Positions 29,736-40,700 of a stretch of DNA of 64,000 nt are shown here, piece after piece. The position numbers and the translations under genes are program-made. This DNA comes from Deltaproteobacteria bacterium (GTDB lineage Bacteria > Myxococcota > Kuafuiibacteriia > Kuafuiibacteriales > Kuafuiibacteriaceae), in NCBI GenBank assembly GCA_040218735.1, contig JAVJQW010000033.1:192001-256000 (forward strand). The letters are read 5' to 3'. The notes beneath the pieces are model-generated. The model searched no databases and had not been told where the DNA came from. It saw nothing but the letters and a program-made list of their open reading frames with translations. Numbering within the stretch: position 1 is the stretch's first letter; each line of letters begins with the position of its first letter.

Positions 29736-30764
29736 CTACTCCGGGAACACGACGGCCAAACGCTCTCGCATTCGAGGGTCCGCGTCTTCGAGCGCGACGA
29801 GGTCCGCGTCCAGCGATGCCGCGCGCCGCTGCGCAAACGGCACCAGCCGATACGACACCACGCCCGACGCACCGAGCTCCACCACGAACACCCCGCCCAA
29901 CCGCACCGGCCACCCGACACGCTCCAGCGCGGGGCCGTTCAGGTTACCGAGGCTGTAGAGGCACAGCCGATCCCCGAACCGCTCCAGCGGCATCAACACG
30001 TGCGGGTGGTGGCCGACGATCACGTCGAAGCCCGACTCGGCGAGGCGCCCCGCGAGAGCGCGCGTCGACGCGCGCGGGAAGTGCCGGAACTCGTACTCCC
30101 AGTGCGGCGTCGCCACGAGCACATCGACCGAAGCGCGAAGCTCGGCGAAGTCGAACGCCTCCACGTCTCGCGTACGAACGATGTTCGGCCAGCCGGGTAG
30201 CCGCTGCTCCGAGTTCAGCCACTCGGACCAGGCTACGACGCCGATGCGTTTCCCCGCGCGCTCCACGATCCGATACGGCGCGGCCTCCGCGTCCGCGAGC
30301 GCGCCGACCGCGACCGCCCCGTGTTTCTCGATGCGCTCCACCGACCCCACCAAGCCGTCCACGCCCTGGTCGGCGATGTGATTGTTCGCGATCGACAGCA
30401 CCGCCTTGTCCGCCGGGACGCCGAGCCGCTCCAAGAAACCGAACAGGAACGCCTCCGCCATCGCGAAGTGCCCGACGTAACGCGCGTACGGCCGCAGCTC
30501 CTCGAACATCACCGGCGCTTCGCAGTTCGCGAACACCAGATCCGCGCTGCGCAAGGCATCTTGCACGACGTCGGGCACCTGGGGGATGCGGTCGTTCTGC
30601 ATGCACATCAAGTCCCCGAGGAACGCGAGCGTCAGCTCGACGGGTTCGTCGCGGATCCGCCCCGACCGCGGCAGCGGAACGAGGTCGGTCGGGTTCTGGG
30701 TCGAAGGGTTGAAGTAGTCGAGGAGCCAGCGGAACCCGTAGTACCAGGGGTAGGGCGAGCTCAT
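29736..30764 (-). CDS. CapA (PGA_cap) family metallophosphoesterase
   Basis: LAFLGDLM, ANCEAP, LSIANNHIADQG, PHWEYEF, IVGHHPHV, YSLGN. Confidence 0.88.
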   Translation of the reverse strand: MSSPYPWYYGFRWLLDYFNPSTQNPTDLVPLPRSGRIRDEPVELTLAFLGDLMCMQNDRIPQVPDVVQDALRSADLVFANCEAPVMFEELRPYARYVGHFAMAEAFLFGFLERLGVPADKAVLSIANNHIADQGVDGLVGSVERIEKHGAVAVGALADAEAAPYRIVERAGKRIGVVAWSEWLNSEQRLPGWPNIVRTRDVEAFDFAELRASVDVLVATPHWEYEFRHFPRASTRALAGRLAESGFDVIVGHHPHVLMPLERFGDRLCLYSLGNLNGPALERVGWPVRLGGVFVVELGASGVVSYRLVPFAQRRAASLDADLVALEDADPRMRERLAVVFPE

Positions 30765-32572
30765 CGCCGTCGCCTTCTCCTGCGCTTCTTCGGCTTCGCT
30801 TCCTCTTCCATCGCCTTCATCGCCTCCGCCTCCAGGGCCTCCTGGGCGATCAGCTCCGGCGTCTTCTCCAGCGTGATGTCGAGGTCGATCGGCTTGCCGC
30901 GCTCCGGCGTCAACGTCTGCTCGAACGGGACGTAGCCGAGCTTCTTCACCGCGATCTTCGTCTCCTTGTTCGTCCGCACGGACATCGTCGCGGGCGTCAG
31001 CGCGACGTTGTTCCCGTCCATCCACAGCTCCGCGCCGACCGGCTCCGACTTCACCGCGAGGTTCACGACCGCCCCCGGGAACACCAGGTTCATCGTGCGC
31101 TTCGCGCCGGCCTTGATCGCGACGGTGCTCGTCACCGGCGTCTCACCCTCGATGTTCAGCTCGATGTAATGCGTGACCACCGACTCCAGGTTCTCGATCG
31201 TGAGCGGCGTGCGCTTGCCCGTCTCTTCGTCGTCGAGGGTCACCAGCGCGCCCGGCGGGATCGACTCGATCGTGATCGTCCCGCCCGCGTTGCGGCCGAC
31301 GAACGCCTCACGGAGCTTGCGCGTCACGAGCCGCTGATTGCGATCCGACCACAGCGTGAACACCGCCATCGCGATCACCAGCGCCGCGACCGCCGAGATC
31401 ACGATCTTGCCGAGCGGCAGTGAGCGGTCGTCCAGCGGCGGCGGCGATCCGACCTGCGCGGTCTGGGCGCGTGCCTGCGCCGGTGACATCCGTGGCAACG
31501 AGGTGTCGGCCGGAGGCCCGCCGTACATCGGCGCCGGCATGTCCGTCGGCGGACCGCCGTACATCGCGGCCACGATCGGTTCGTCGGCGGCGACCGGCTC
31601 GGGGTGCGTGGGCGCCGGCCGACTCGAAGACGCGTCGACGAAGCCCGCGGGGCGCATCATCGTGTCCACGGGGGGGCCGCCCGTGCCGGAGAGCTCACGT
31701 CGCGCGGCGGTGTCGGCCTGGCGGTCGACGCCCGCCTCCGAGCCGAGCACCATCGCGAGCAACGTCGCGAGCCGCGTCGAGGAGTACGTGGGGTCGCCGC
31801 CGTAGAGGATGCGCGCGAGCTCGTCGCGGAAGACGGCCGCGGACGCGTGGCGCTGATTCGGATCTGCGAGCAACGCGCGGTCGATGGTCATCGCGAGCGC
31901 GGGCGGGACGTGGGGCGCCGCCTGCACCAGCGGCTCCGCGCGGTTGGGATCGGGTTCGCGGCCCGCGAGCATCGTCCACACCAGGCGCGCGACGGCGTAA
32001 ACGTCCGTGCGCGCGTCGACGATCCCGCCGTTCAGCTCGGGGGCGATCGTGCGCGGTGAAACCGGGGGCGCGGGGCGGGTCGACGACTGCGCGTAGAAGA
32101 AGTTGCTCAACCGCACGCGACCGTCGTGTCCGATGACGACGGCGTCGGCGTTCACATCGCAGTGCACGACGCGGAGGGGGCCCCCCTCCGGGGTGCGCGC
32201 CTGGTGGACCGCTTCGAGCCCGGCGAGGAGCTCCATCGCGATGAACGTCGCGGCGCTCGGATCGATCGCGACGCCCGAGGCGCGCGACTTCTCCATCAGC
32301 ACCGAGAGCGGGCGTCCGGCGATCGCCGTCTGCACGACGTAGACGCCGTCGGCGTCCTGGTCGATGTCGACGACGCGCGCGACGACGTGGTGATCGATGT
32401 GCGCCGCGATCGTCGCGCCTTCGACCAGCGACGACTCCGCGTCGCGGCCGAGCCCGCGCAGCAGCTCGACGTCGCGCACGACGCCGCCGGCCACTTCGTA
32501 CGCGCGAAACATTCGCGCGACCTCGGTTTGGCGAAGCTCTTCGAAGACGTGGTATCGGCCGACGCGCTGCAA
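30761..32572 (-). CDS. Degenerate Ser/Thr kinase with TM helix and two PEGA domains
   Basis: VGRYHV, VHCDVN, APEL, TDVYAV; TM SAVAALVIAMAVFTLW; PEGA ESIPPGALVTLDD and SEPVGAELWMDG. Confidence 0.82.
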   Translation of the reverse strand: MQRVGRYHVFEELRQTEVARMFRAYEVAGGVVRDVELLRGLGRDAESSLVEGATIAAHIDHHVVARVVDIDQDADGVYVVQTAIAGRPLSVLMEKSRASGVAIDPSAATFIAMELLAGLEAVHQARTPEGGPLRVVHCDVNADAVVIGHDGRVRLSNFFYAQSSTRPAPPVSPRTIAPELNGGIVDARTDVYAVARLVWTMLAGREPDPNRAEPLVQAAPHVPPALAMTIDRALLADPNQRHASAAVFRDELARILYGGDPTYSSTRLATLLAMVLGSEAGVDRQADTAARRELSGTGGPPVDTMMRPAGFVDASSSRPAPTHPEPVAADEPIVAAMYGGPPTDMPAPMYGGPPADTSLPRMSPAQARAQTAQVGSPPPLDDRSLPLGKIVISAVAALVIAMAVFTLWSDRNQRLVTRKLREAFVGRNAGGTITIESIPPGALVTLDDEETGKRTPLTIENLESVVTHYIELNIEGETPVTSTVAIKAGAKRTMNLVFPGAVVNLAVKSEPVGAELWMDGNNVALTPATMSVRTNKETKIAVKKLGYVPFEQTLTPERGKPIDLDITLEKTPELIAQEALEAEAMKAMEEEAKPKKRRRRRRR

Positions 32573-32685
32573 GGCGCCCGAATCCTAACCGGCCCCGGGG
32601 ATTGGCGCCAAAACGCCCGGGAGGGTGGGGGCGGGCGCCCCCGAGGGGGTGGTCTTGGTCGGCGCGGCAGGGCAAGTTGCTGCGC

Positions 32686-34269
32686 GTGTTCCTCCTGCTC
32701 GAAGAGGTCGGGTCGGGCGCCGCCGGCACCGCCCACCTCGCGGTCCGCTCCGACGTGCGGACCGACGAGCTCTTCGTGGTCAAGCGGCTGCGCCCGGAGG
32801 TCGCGGCGCAGCCGGAGCACCTCCAGCGCTTCTCCCACGAGGCCCGGATCGCGGTCATGGTCGACCACCCGAACGTCGTCCAGGTCGTCGACGTCGTCAT
32901 GGGCGCGCAGTGTCCGTACCTCGTCATGCGCTACGTCGAGGGCCCGACGCTGGCGGCGCTGCTGCGCGAGCTGCGTTTGTCACAGCAACGGCTCTCGGTA
33001 CCGGCCGCCGTCGGCCTCGTCCGCGACGCGCTCGCGGGGCTGCACGCGCTCCACGAGGCGCGGCACCCCGAGACGGGGGAGTCGATCGGCTTCGTGCACC
33101 GCGACCTGTCACCTCGCAACCTGATCGCGACGCGCGACGGGACGGTCTGCCTGATCGACCTGGGCCTCGGGCGCTCGCGGCTCGGGGAGTGGCAGACGGA
33201 GGCCGGCCGCATCATGGGGTCGCTCGGGTACATGCCGCCGGAGCAGATCCGCGGCGTCGCCGTCGATCACCGCGCTGACCTGTGGTCCATCGCGTCGGTG
33301 TTGTTCGAGCTCCTGACGCTCGAACAGTTCGTCCCGGGGCGCGGTCGTCAGCGTGCGCTCAACACACTCGAGACGAGCCCGCGCTCGCTGCGGAGCCTTC
33401 GCGACGACGTCCCCGAAGGGCTCGACGAAGTCGTGATGCGCGCGCTCTCGATGACACCCGCGGCGCGCTTCGAGTCGGCGGCGTCGTTCGCGCGCGCGCT
33501 CGCGGAGACCGTGCCCGAGCGTGCGCCCGCCGAAGTCACTTCGGTCGTCGACTTCCACTTCGGCGAAGAGCTCGACGAACGCGCCCGTCGCCTCCGCGAG
33601 GTCGCGCTGACCGTCGTCGCGCCGAGCCCGATCGCCGAGAGCTACGAGCGCATCGCTTCGCGGCCCTCCGCGGAGGACCCCACGGAGTTCGGGGTCTTCG
33701 ACGCGACGCAGGTGCGGCCCGCGCCTACGCGCGTGGAACGGCCCAGCACCCCCTCCGAAGTGCTGCAGCCGTCGGTCGTGGCTCCGCGTCGGTCGACGCC
33801 GTGGGCGGCGCTTGCCGTGCTCGCCGCGATCTTCAGCGTCGCGGCGGTGGTGTACCTGTGGAGTCGGGCTCCGGCCGAGCCGGCGCCGTCGGTGCCGCGG
33901 ACCTTGGTCGAGGTGAAGCCGCGTGCGCGCGGGGTGCCGAGCGTCGTCGCGCCCGAACCTTCGCGACGGGATGTCGCGCGCGCCACGACGTCGAGGCAAA
34001 CACGTCCGCCGAGCGCGAAGGCGCCTCCGCCCATCGCACCGGTCGACGCCGGCGTCGCGCCCGCGGTGGAGCCCCCCGCGCCCCCCTCACGGCGTGAGCG
34101 CGTCGCGCGGTTGTCGAAGCGACTCCAGTCGTTGCGCGCCGAACACGGCGACGCGGCCGAGCGCCTGATCATGCAGCTGACGGCGCTCGATCTGGTGACC
34201 GACGAAGTCCGTCACGCGGAGCAGCTCGCGCGCATCGAGCGCGAGGTCGCTGCGCTCGACGGGCCCTGA
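32686..34269 (+). CDS. Membrane Ser/Thr protein kinase (module copy 2)
   Basis: GSGAAG, FVVKRL, HRDLSPRN, DLG, GYMPPEQ; TM; paralog of 13498-15075. Confidence 0.9.
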   Translation: MFLLLEEVGSGAAGTAHLAVRSDVRTDELFVVKRLRPEVAAQPEHLQRFSHEARIAVMVDHPNVVQVVDVVMGAQCPYLVMRYVEGPTLAALLRELRLSQQRLSVPAAVGLVRDALAGLHALHEARHPETGESIGFVHRDLSPRNLIATRDGTVCLIDLGLGRSRLGEWQTEAGRIMGSLGYMPPEQIRGVAVDHRADLWSIASVLFELLTLEQFVPGRGRQRALNTLETSPRSLRSLRDDVPEGLDEVVMRALSMTPAARFESAASFARALAETVPERAPAEVTSVVDFHFGEELDERARRLREVALTVVAPSPIAESYERIASRPSAEDPTEFGVFDATQVRPAPTRVERPSTPSEVLQPSVVAPRRSTPWAALAVLAAIFSVAAVVYLWSRAPAEPAPSVPRTLVEVKPRARGVPSVVAPEPSRRDVARATTSRQTRPPSAKAPPPIAPVDAGVAPAVEPPAPPSRRERVARLSKRLQSLRAEHGDAAERLIMQLTALDLVTDEVRHAEQLARIEREVAALDGP

Positions 34270-34273
34270 ATCT

Positions 34274-35062
34274 TCAGCACCCGGGCGGGCAGTCGGCGGG
34301 TCCGACGCAGGCGCACTCGGCGGGGTCCTGTCGGCTCACGAAGACCGCGGCGCCGACGCCCGCGGCGACCGCGACGCCGACGCCGATCCACAGCCACGGC
34401 GACGTGAGCACGGACGCGTCGCGGCTCAGCTGGATCTCCACGGACTGATCACCACCCGGTGCGGCCACGAGGGTTCGCTGCTCCGGTTCGAAGCCTTCGC
34501 GTCGGACGTCGAGGGTCACGTCGCCGGGTGCGACCCAGAACGTGCCGTCGGCGTCCCGTCGTGCGGCGGTGGTGACTTGGATGTCGGCGTCCTCGGGCTC
34601 CGCGCGCACCGTCAGCCGAGCGAGGCGTTCGAAGCCCGCGGCGTCGAGCGCGTCGTCCACCTGTTTGTCGACGCGTCTCAGCGGCGGGAGCTCGCCGTCG
34701 CCGAGGCTGCGGTGAACGAGCTTCTGTTCGTCGACGTCGATCAGCAGCGTGCCGACGAGCGGCGGATCCACCGTGGTGTTCGCGATGACCACGACCAGGT
34801 AACGCGCAGTGAACGCCCGCGCGACGCGCGCGAGGCAGGCCGCCTCGATCGCGCAGTCCCCGAGGGCCCGGATCGTCTCGCGCGGTGTGGTCAGGAACTG
34901 CGACCGTGACACGACCTCGATCCCCGCGCGCCGCGTGGCGATCGCTTCGACGTGTGCGTGTACGGCGTCGGCGCTGATGTCCCCCGCCTCGGTCTTCACG
35001 ACCGGGAACACCGCGAGCTCGGAGGCCGAAGCGACGAGCAGCGTGAAGACGGCGGTGTTCAC
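34274..35062 (-). CDS. Exported PEGA-like protein with C-terminal TM and CACVGPADCPPGC tail (module copy 2)
   Basis: Paralog of 15087-15878 (shared ARYLVVVIANTTVxPPxVGTLLIDVDEQKLVHR). Confidence 0.8.
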   Translation of the reverse strand: MNTAVFTLLVASASELAVFPVVKTEAGDISADAVHAHVEAIATRRAGIEVVSRSQFLTTPRETIRALGDCAIEAACLARVARAFTARYLVVVIANTTVDPPLVGTLLIDVDEQKLVHRSLGDGELPPLRRVDKQVDDALDAAGFERLARLTVRAEPEDADIQVTTAARRDADGTFWVAPGDVTLDVRREGFEPEQRTLVAAPGGDQSVEIQLSRDASVLTSPWLWIGVGVAVAAGVGAAVFVSRQDPAECACVGPADCPPGC

Positions 35063-37782
35063 CGGGGCTCCACCGCGATGATGCGTTCACCTTCGCCACC
35101 GATCACGGCGAAGTCCCCGGAGACCGCGTGCCCCCCGACGTAGGAGAATGGCGCGAAGTGGCGCGGTCCACCGCGCGGTTCGATCGTGCCGTCGTCGTAG
35201 CGATAGATCAGCGTCCCGTCCGAGAACCGCAGCGCGCCGGTGGGGCGGATCCAGTTCAGGCGTTTCGAGAAGCCGCGGGCTTCGGCTTCGGTGCTGTCGA
35301 TAGCGATGGGGCCGACGCGGAGCGAGGGCCCGCCGCCTTCGAGGCGGGAGGGGCGAACGGCGAGGCGCACCGATCCGCTGAGCGTCGTCCCGATGCCCAT
35401 CACGACGGCGCGGTCGGCGCACCAGGCGTCCACGGTGAACGGGACGACGCGGGTGCCGTCGTCGGGGGTCCAGGTCGCGGCGATGCGGTCGTCCCAGAAC
35501 CCCTCGACCACGAGCTTTCGCTCCGGGCGCCAGGCGACGCGACCCACGAGCCCGTCGCCGACCAGCCACGCGACGCCGTCCGTTCCGTCGATCGCTTCGA
35601 ACGTCTCGGGGCTGGGTTGGAGCTCGATGACCGAAGTGCTCGGGTCGTCCCACTCGACGGTCAGCAGCTCGAGCGAGGATCCGATCAGCGAAAACACGTT
35701 GCCGCGTGAATCGAGGAGCACGAAGACATCGTCCGCGAGCGCCGCGCCGCCGATGAACATCGACGGGTTCGCGATCGGCGGGATGTACTCGTCGACGACG
35801 CGCCCTTGTTCGAGATCGATGTCGAGGATCGATACACGATACGGCGCCGAGGGGGGGAGGCACGGCGTCCGCCACGTGCCGCGGATCCGGCAGCGCCACA
35901 GCAGCGCGCGGTGCGTCGCGACGAGCGCTCGGTTCGGCGCGCCCGGGGACACGAGGGCGAGGTCCGCGTGGCTGTCCGGGGTCGGTGGGTAGCCGGCGAT
36001 GTCGAGGGTCTCGCGGGTGATGTCGCCGCGCCGGGTGTAGCGCTCTGCCCGAGCGCCGAAGGCGACGATCGTCCCGGGCTCGGTCGGTGCGAGCGCCGTC
36101 ATCGGTCCGCGGCGCGCGGTGCCGTTGGCGTAGACCGGCGCGAAGGTCGTCATCCCCGGTGCGCGTCGGTACATGTCGCGCGACGCGGTGACCGCGAGCG
36201 CCCAGTCGTCGGACGTGTAGAGATCGAGCACCGGATCCGCCGCCTCGTCGAACAGCTCGGGCGCGTCCCCAACCCACGGCTGCCCGAGGCCTTCATGCCG
36301 TGCGGTCTCGGCGCCGGCGACCGTATCGATCGCGAAGTCACCGAAGCCCCACAGCGAACGTGCGCGCTCGCCCTCGGCGGAGATCGACGTGCACAGCGCA
36401 TCGATCGCCTTCGCGGTCTCGAACGCTGTCAGCGGCGAAGTGAAGTCTGCCGTCGATCGAACGCCGGCGAGGCTCGTCGACCAGAGCACACCGGTGACGT
36501 GCCTCGAGGAGGCCCCTGTGGGGCGGGTGCCCGTCGAGCAGACGTACAACATGCCGTCCGACGTCAGCGCGACACCATCCACGACGTCGTGCGCGTACGC
36601 GTTGTCGTTGATGAGGAAGTTGAAGATCGAGAGCCCGGGGTGGCACTCCCAGCGGCCGTCGGCGGTGTTGCGCGCGTAGAGCTGACCGCGGTCGCCGATG
36701 AAGAACGAGGTGCCGACGGTGCTCGTCACCGCGACCCCGCGGGTGAAGTCGAACGTCGTCTCGTCGCAGGTCCCCGAGCCGGAGGGTTGCTCCGTGCATT
36801 CGTACTGCCCGGCGGCCGCCGTGGTGCACCGGTAGAAGCCGTGTCGCGGCGCGCGCTCCGGTTGGACGACGCCGGCCAGGTACACGTCGCCGCTCGCGTC
36901 CGCGAGGAGGGCGGGGCCGCCCAAGCTCGGGAGACCGTCCGCCTGTGTCACGACGAGGTCCTTCGCGACGTGAACGTAAGTGGCCTCCGCGGTCGCGCGG
37001 TCGGGGTCGTCGAGCGCGAGCAGCAACCCGTCGTGCACCCGGGCCGACGCGAGGACCTGCCCGCCGAGCTCGGGTACGGCGGCGGAGCGGACCGTGCCGT
37101 CGGCCGTGATGGCGGCGACGTGGCCCGGGGTGATCGCGAGCGCGGTGCCGTCGTCGAACAGGTGATGAACGGAGGCAGCGATGCGGGGCTCGTCCGCGTC
37201 GATCTGCACGATCTCGAGATCCTGCGCGGTCTTCAGCGGAGGATCCTCACAGCCGCACGCGCCGGGGGTGCGGACGAAGACACGGGCCGCCGTTTCGCGC
37301 ACGACGTCTGCGTCCTCGATCGTCTTCGGCCCGTCGTCGTTCTCGAAGACTTCGACGTCGGCGAACGGCGGGACCGCGCAGACGTCACCGGGCGACAGGC
37401 GCTGCGGCGAGGTCAACGCGTCGTAGGTGCAGCGACCGCAGCCACCGACGGACGACGTCGAGACCTCCAGCGCGGCGAGCGCGGCGTCGTCGAGCGGGCG
37501 ACCGCTCGCGTCGACGAAAGAGCCGGCCGCGAACCTCCACACGACCATCTTGGCGCCGGGCGGCCACGCGATGCGTACCGAGGTCTGCGCGTCGATGCGG
37601 GCGACTTCGAGCGTGCCGTCGTCGACCACGGCGACGACCAAGACCTCCCCCGGCTCGGGTTCGAGGGGGACGCGGTGTTGAACGTCGGAGCACGCGGCGG
37701 CGACGAACGCGAAGAGCGCGATGGACGAACGGTAGAGCACCGGCGCGTTGGCGAGCGTACCGGACCGATTCGTGGCGGTCAC
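35059..37782 (-). CDS. Large Cys-rich putative lipoprotein (module copy 2)
   Basis: Lipobox FVAAAC; paralog of 15875-18529; true start may lie slightly downstream of 37782. Confidence 0.8.
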   Translation of the reverse strand: MTATNRSGTLANAPVLYRSSIALFAFVAAACSDVQHRVPLEPEPGEVLVVAVVDDGTLEVARIDAQTSVRIAWPPGAKMVVWRFAAGSFVDASGRPLDDAALAALEVSTSSVGGCGRCTYDALTSPQRLSPGDVCAVPPFADVEVFENDDGPKTIEDADVVRETAARVFVRTPGACGCEDPPLKTAQDLEIVQIDADEPRIAASVHHLFDDGTALAITPGHVAAITADGTVRSAAVPELGGQVLASARVHDGLLLALDDPDRATAEATYVHVAKDLVVTQADGLPSLGGPALLADASGDVYLAGVVQPERAPRHGFYRCTTAAAGQYECTEQPSGSGTCDETTFDFTRGVAVTSTVGTSFFIGDRGQLYARNTADGRWECHPGLSIFNFLINDNAYAHDVVDGVALTSDGMLYVCSTGTRPTGASSRHVTGVLWSTSLAGVRSTADFTSPLTAFETAKAIDALCTSISAEGERARSLWGFGDFAIDTVAGAETARHEGLGQPWVGDAPELFDEAADPVLDLYTSDDWALAVTASRDMYRRAPGMTTFAPVYANGTARRGPMTALAPTEPGTIVAFGARAERYTRRGDITRETLDIAGYPPTPDSHADLALVSPGAPNRALVATHRALLWRCRIRGTWRTPCLPPSAPYRVSILDIDLEQGRVVDEYIPPIANPSMFIGGAALADDVFVLLDSRGNVFSLIGSSLELLTVEWDDPSTSVIELQPSPETFEAIDGTDGVAWLVGDGLVGRVAWRPERKLVVEGFWDDRIAATWTPDDGTRVVPFTVDAWCADRAVVMGIGTTLSGSVRLAVRPSRLEGGGPSLRVGPIAIDSTEAEARGFSKRLNWIRPTGALRFSDGTLIYRYDDGTIEPRGGPRHFAPFSYVGGHAVSGDFAVIGGEGERIIAVEPR

Positions 37783-40700
37783 GTGATCGCGCGCTGCTTC
37801 TCGCTCAGCAGCTGGCTCAGCTGGTCCTTCACCTGCGTGATGATCTCGCGCGGGTCCTCGAACGGCGACAGGTAGACCATGAGTTTGCCCTCGGGCGTGA
37901 CCTTCCGGCGGCGAGCGTCCTGCTGCACGTACTTCACGAGGGCCGCGGGGCTCAGCTCGGTCTGGCCTTCGTCGAACCGGACCACGAAGCGCGGCGGCAT
38001 CGCCTTGGTCTCGGCGCCGTAGTCGAGGCCGATCGCGCCGACCCGCCAGAGGCGTTGCTTCACGAGCATGACCTCCGCGAGGTTCTCCACCTCGGCGGGC
38101 GGGTTGCCGTAGAGGTCGGTGATCTCCTGCAAGAGGTCGTAGGTGCGCTCGTCGGTCTCCGCGTTGTTGAAGCGCTGATAGAACGACAGCCGCTCGCCCG
38201 GCGCGGGCACGTAGGCGTCCGGGATGAAGGCCGGCACGGGGATCTGGATCTCCGGCTCCTTGAGCGACTTGCGCGCCGAACCTTGCAGCTCGTCGATCGC
38301 CTCCTTGAGGAGCGCTTGGTACATGTCGAAGCCGATCGCCGCGATGGTGCCGGCCTGCTGCTTGCCGAGGATGTTGCCGGCGCCGCGGATCTCGAGGTCC
38401 TTCGACGCGACTTGGAAGCCCGCGCCCAGCTCGGTGAACCGCTGGAGCACCGCGATCCTCGCGCGCGCCTTCTTGGTGAGGTTACCCGCCGGGATGAGGA
38501 AGTGCGCGTAGCCGCGGGTCTTCGAACGGCCGACGCGACCCTTGAGCTGGTAGAGCTGCGCGAGCCCGAGCCGGTCGGCGCGGTTGATGACGATCGTGTT
38601 GGCGTTGGGGATGTCGATGCCGCTCTCGATGATCGTCGTGGAGAGGAGCACGTTGGTCTTCTTCTCCATGAAGTCGACCATCACGCGCTCCAGGCGGTCC
38701 TCGGACATCTGCCCGTGACCGACGCCGATGCGCGCCTCCGGGATCAGACGCTCGAGCATCTTCGCGAAGGCGTAGATCGACGACACGCGGTTGTGCACGA
38801 CGAAGGCCTGCCCGCCGCGCCGGAGCTCGTCGATGATCGCCTTGCGGATCACCTCCTCGGAGAACTTGTGCACCTCGGTCTTCACGGCGAGGCGGTCCTG
38901 CGGCGCCGTGGCGATCATCGACATGTCACGCACGCCCATGAAACCCATGTGTAGCGTGCGGGGGATGGGTGTCGCGGAGAGCGCGAGCACGTGGACCTGC
39001 GCGCGATACTTCTTGAGGCGCTCCTTGTGTGAGACGCCGAAGCGGTGCTCCTCGTCGATCACCAGCAGGCCGACGTCGTTGAACTTCACGTCCTTGTTCA
39101 GGAGGCGGTGGGTGCCGATGACGATGTCGATCTTCCCGTCCTTCAGCGCCTCGAACGTCTTCTTGATCTCCTCCTTCGACTGGAAGCGCGACACGATCGC
39201 GATCTCGACGGGGTAGTTCTCGAAGCGCTTCTTGAAGACGGAGAAGTGCTGCGCGGCGAGGACCGTGGTCGGCACCAGGATGGCGACCTGCTTGCGACCG
39301 AGCACGGCCATCATCGCCGCGCGCATCGCGACCTCGGTCTTGCCGTACCCGACGTCGCCGCAGATCAGCCGGTCCATCGGGTGCGGTTTCTGCATGTCGG
39401 CGATCGTGTCCTCGATCGCCTTCGCCTGGTCCGGTGTGGGTTCGAACTCGAACTCGGCCTCGAACTGCCGGTAGACCTCGTCCGGTGACTCGAACGCGTG
39501 CCCCTCTTGCGACGCGCGCACCGCGTACAGGCGCAGCAGCTCCGCCGCCATCTTGAGGAGGGTGTCCTTGACGCGCTTCTTGGTCTTCGCCCACGACGTG
39601 CCGCCGAGTTTGTCGAGCGCGGGGCTTCGACCCTCCGACGCGGTGACGTACTTGGAGATCAGCCGGAGGCGATGGACGGGTAAGTAGAGTTTGTCGCCGC
39701 CCTTGTATTCGATCTCCAGGTAGTCGGAGTCGACGCCGTTCACGGCGAGCTTGGTCATCGCCTTGTAGTGACCGATGCCGTAGTCGACGTGCACCACGTA
39801 GTCACCGGGCTGGAGGTCCTTGAGGTCCGAGACGAACTCACCGGCCGCCGGCGTGCGCCGCCGTCGCCGCTTCATTCGACGGCCGAAGATCTCCTCCTCC
39901 GCGATGACCGCGAGGTGCGCGCTCGGGAGCACGAACCCACCGCTGATGTCACCGAGCACGAGCCACGCGTGCACGGAACGATCGCGTAACCCACGCGCCG
40001 ATCGGTGCTCTTTCGCGGTGGCCTTCGCCTGCAGGAACTCAGGCAGCGAAAAGGGCACCTTCGAGCGCCGCACGCTGACGTTCTTCGGCTCGAGGAGCTG
40101 GCGCATCCGCTCCGCCTGCCCGCGGGTGTGGCAGACGATCAGCGTGGTCAGGCCTTCGCTCTGCCACTTGCGCAGCCGCTCGACGAGCGGCGCGAGGACG
40201 TCTTCGCTGTCGCTCCTCGACCGGCTCGCGCGGAGGATCTCGGAGCGCACCTCCTCGGTGGTCTGGTACTTCACCCGCAGCGGTTCGACGTCGCCGAACA
40301 CGACGTCCGGCATGTCGACGCGTCGCTCGGACTTCGTCGCGCGCTGCAGCACGAGGTCGCCGTCTTCGACGTGAGCGCTCGGCTCCACCGCGACCTGGTG
40401 CGCGGTGAGCGCGCGCTCGTAACCCAGGCGCGCCTCGTCGAGGAGGTCCATCGACGTGGTCTCGATCCCCTCCGGCTGGGACACGAGGTAGACGACGTCG
40501 TCGCCCTTCATCAGGTATTCGTCGATGCCGACGAGGCCCTGCGCGTGGAACAGCGGTAGGTACGCCTCGATCCCGAAGAAGTGGATGTGGTTCTGGATGT
40601 CGTCGAGGATCGCGTTGAGCTTGCGCGTGGGGATCAGCGTCTCTTCGGCGAGGGTCTCGATGCGATCGATGGCGTGCTGCGCGACCTCGTCGGTGAAGAC

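Noticed and set aside
22157-30764. Prophage or genomic island interpretation of the accessory block
   Set aside because: No integrase, tRNA, att repeats or phage structural genes; composition is broadly similar to the flanks.
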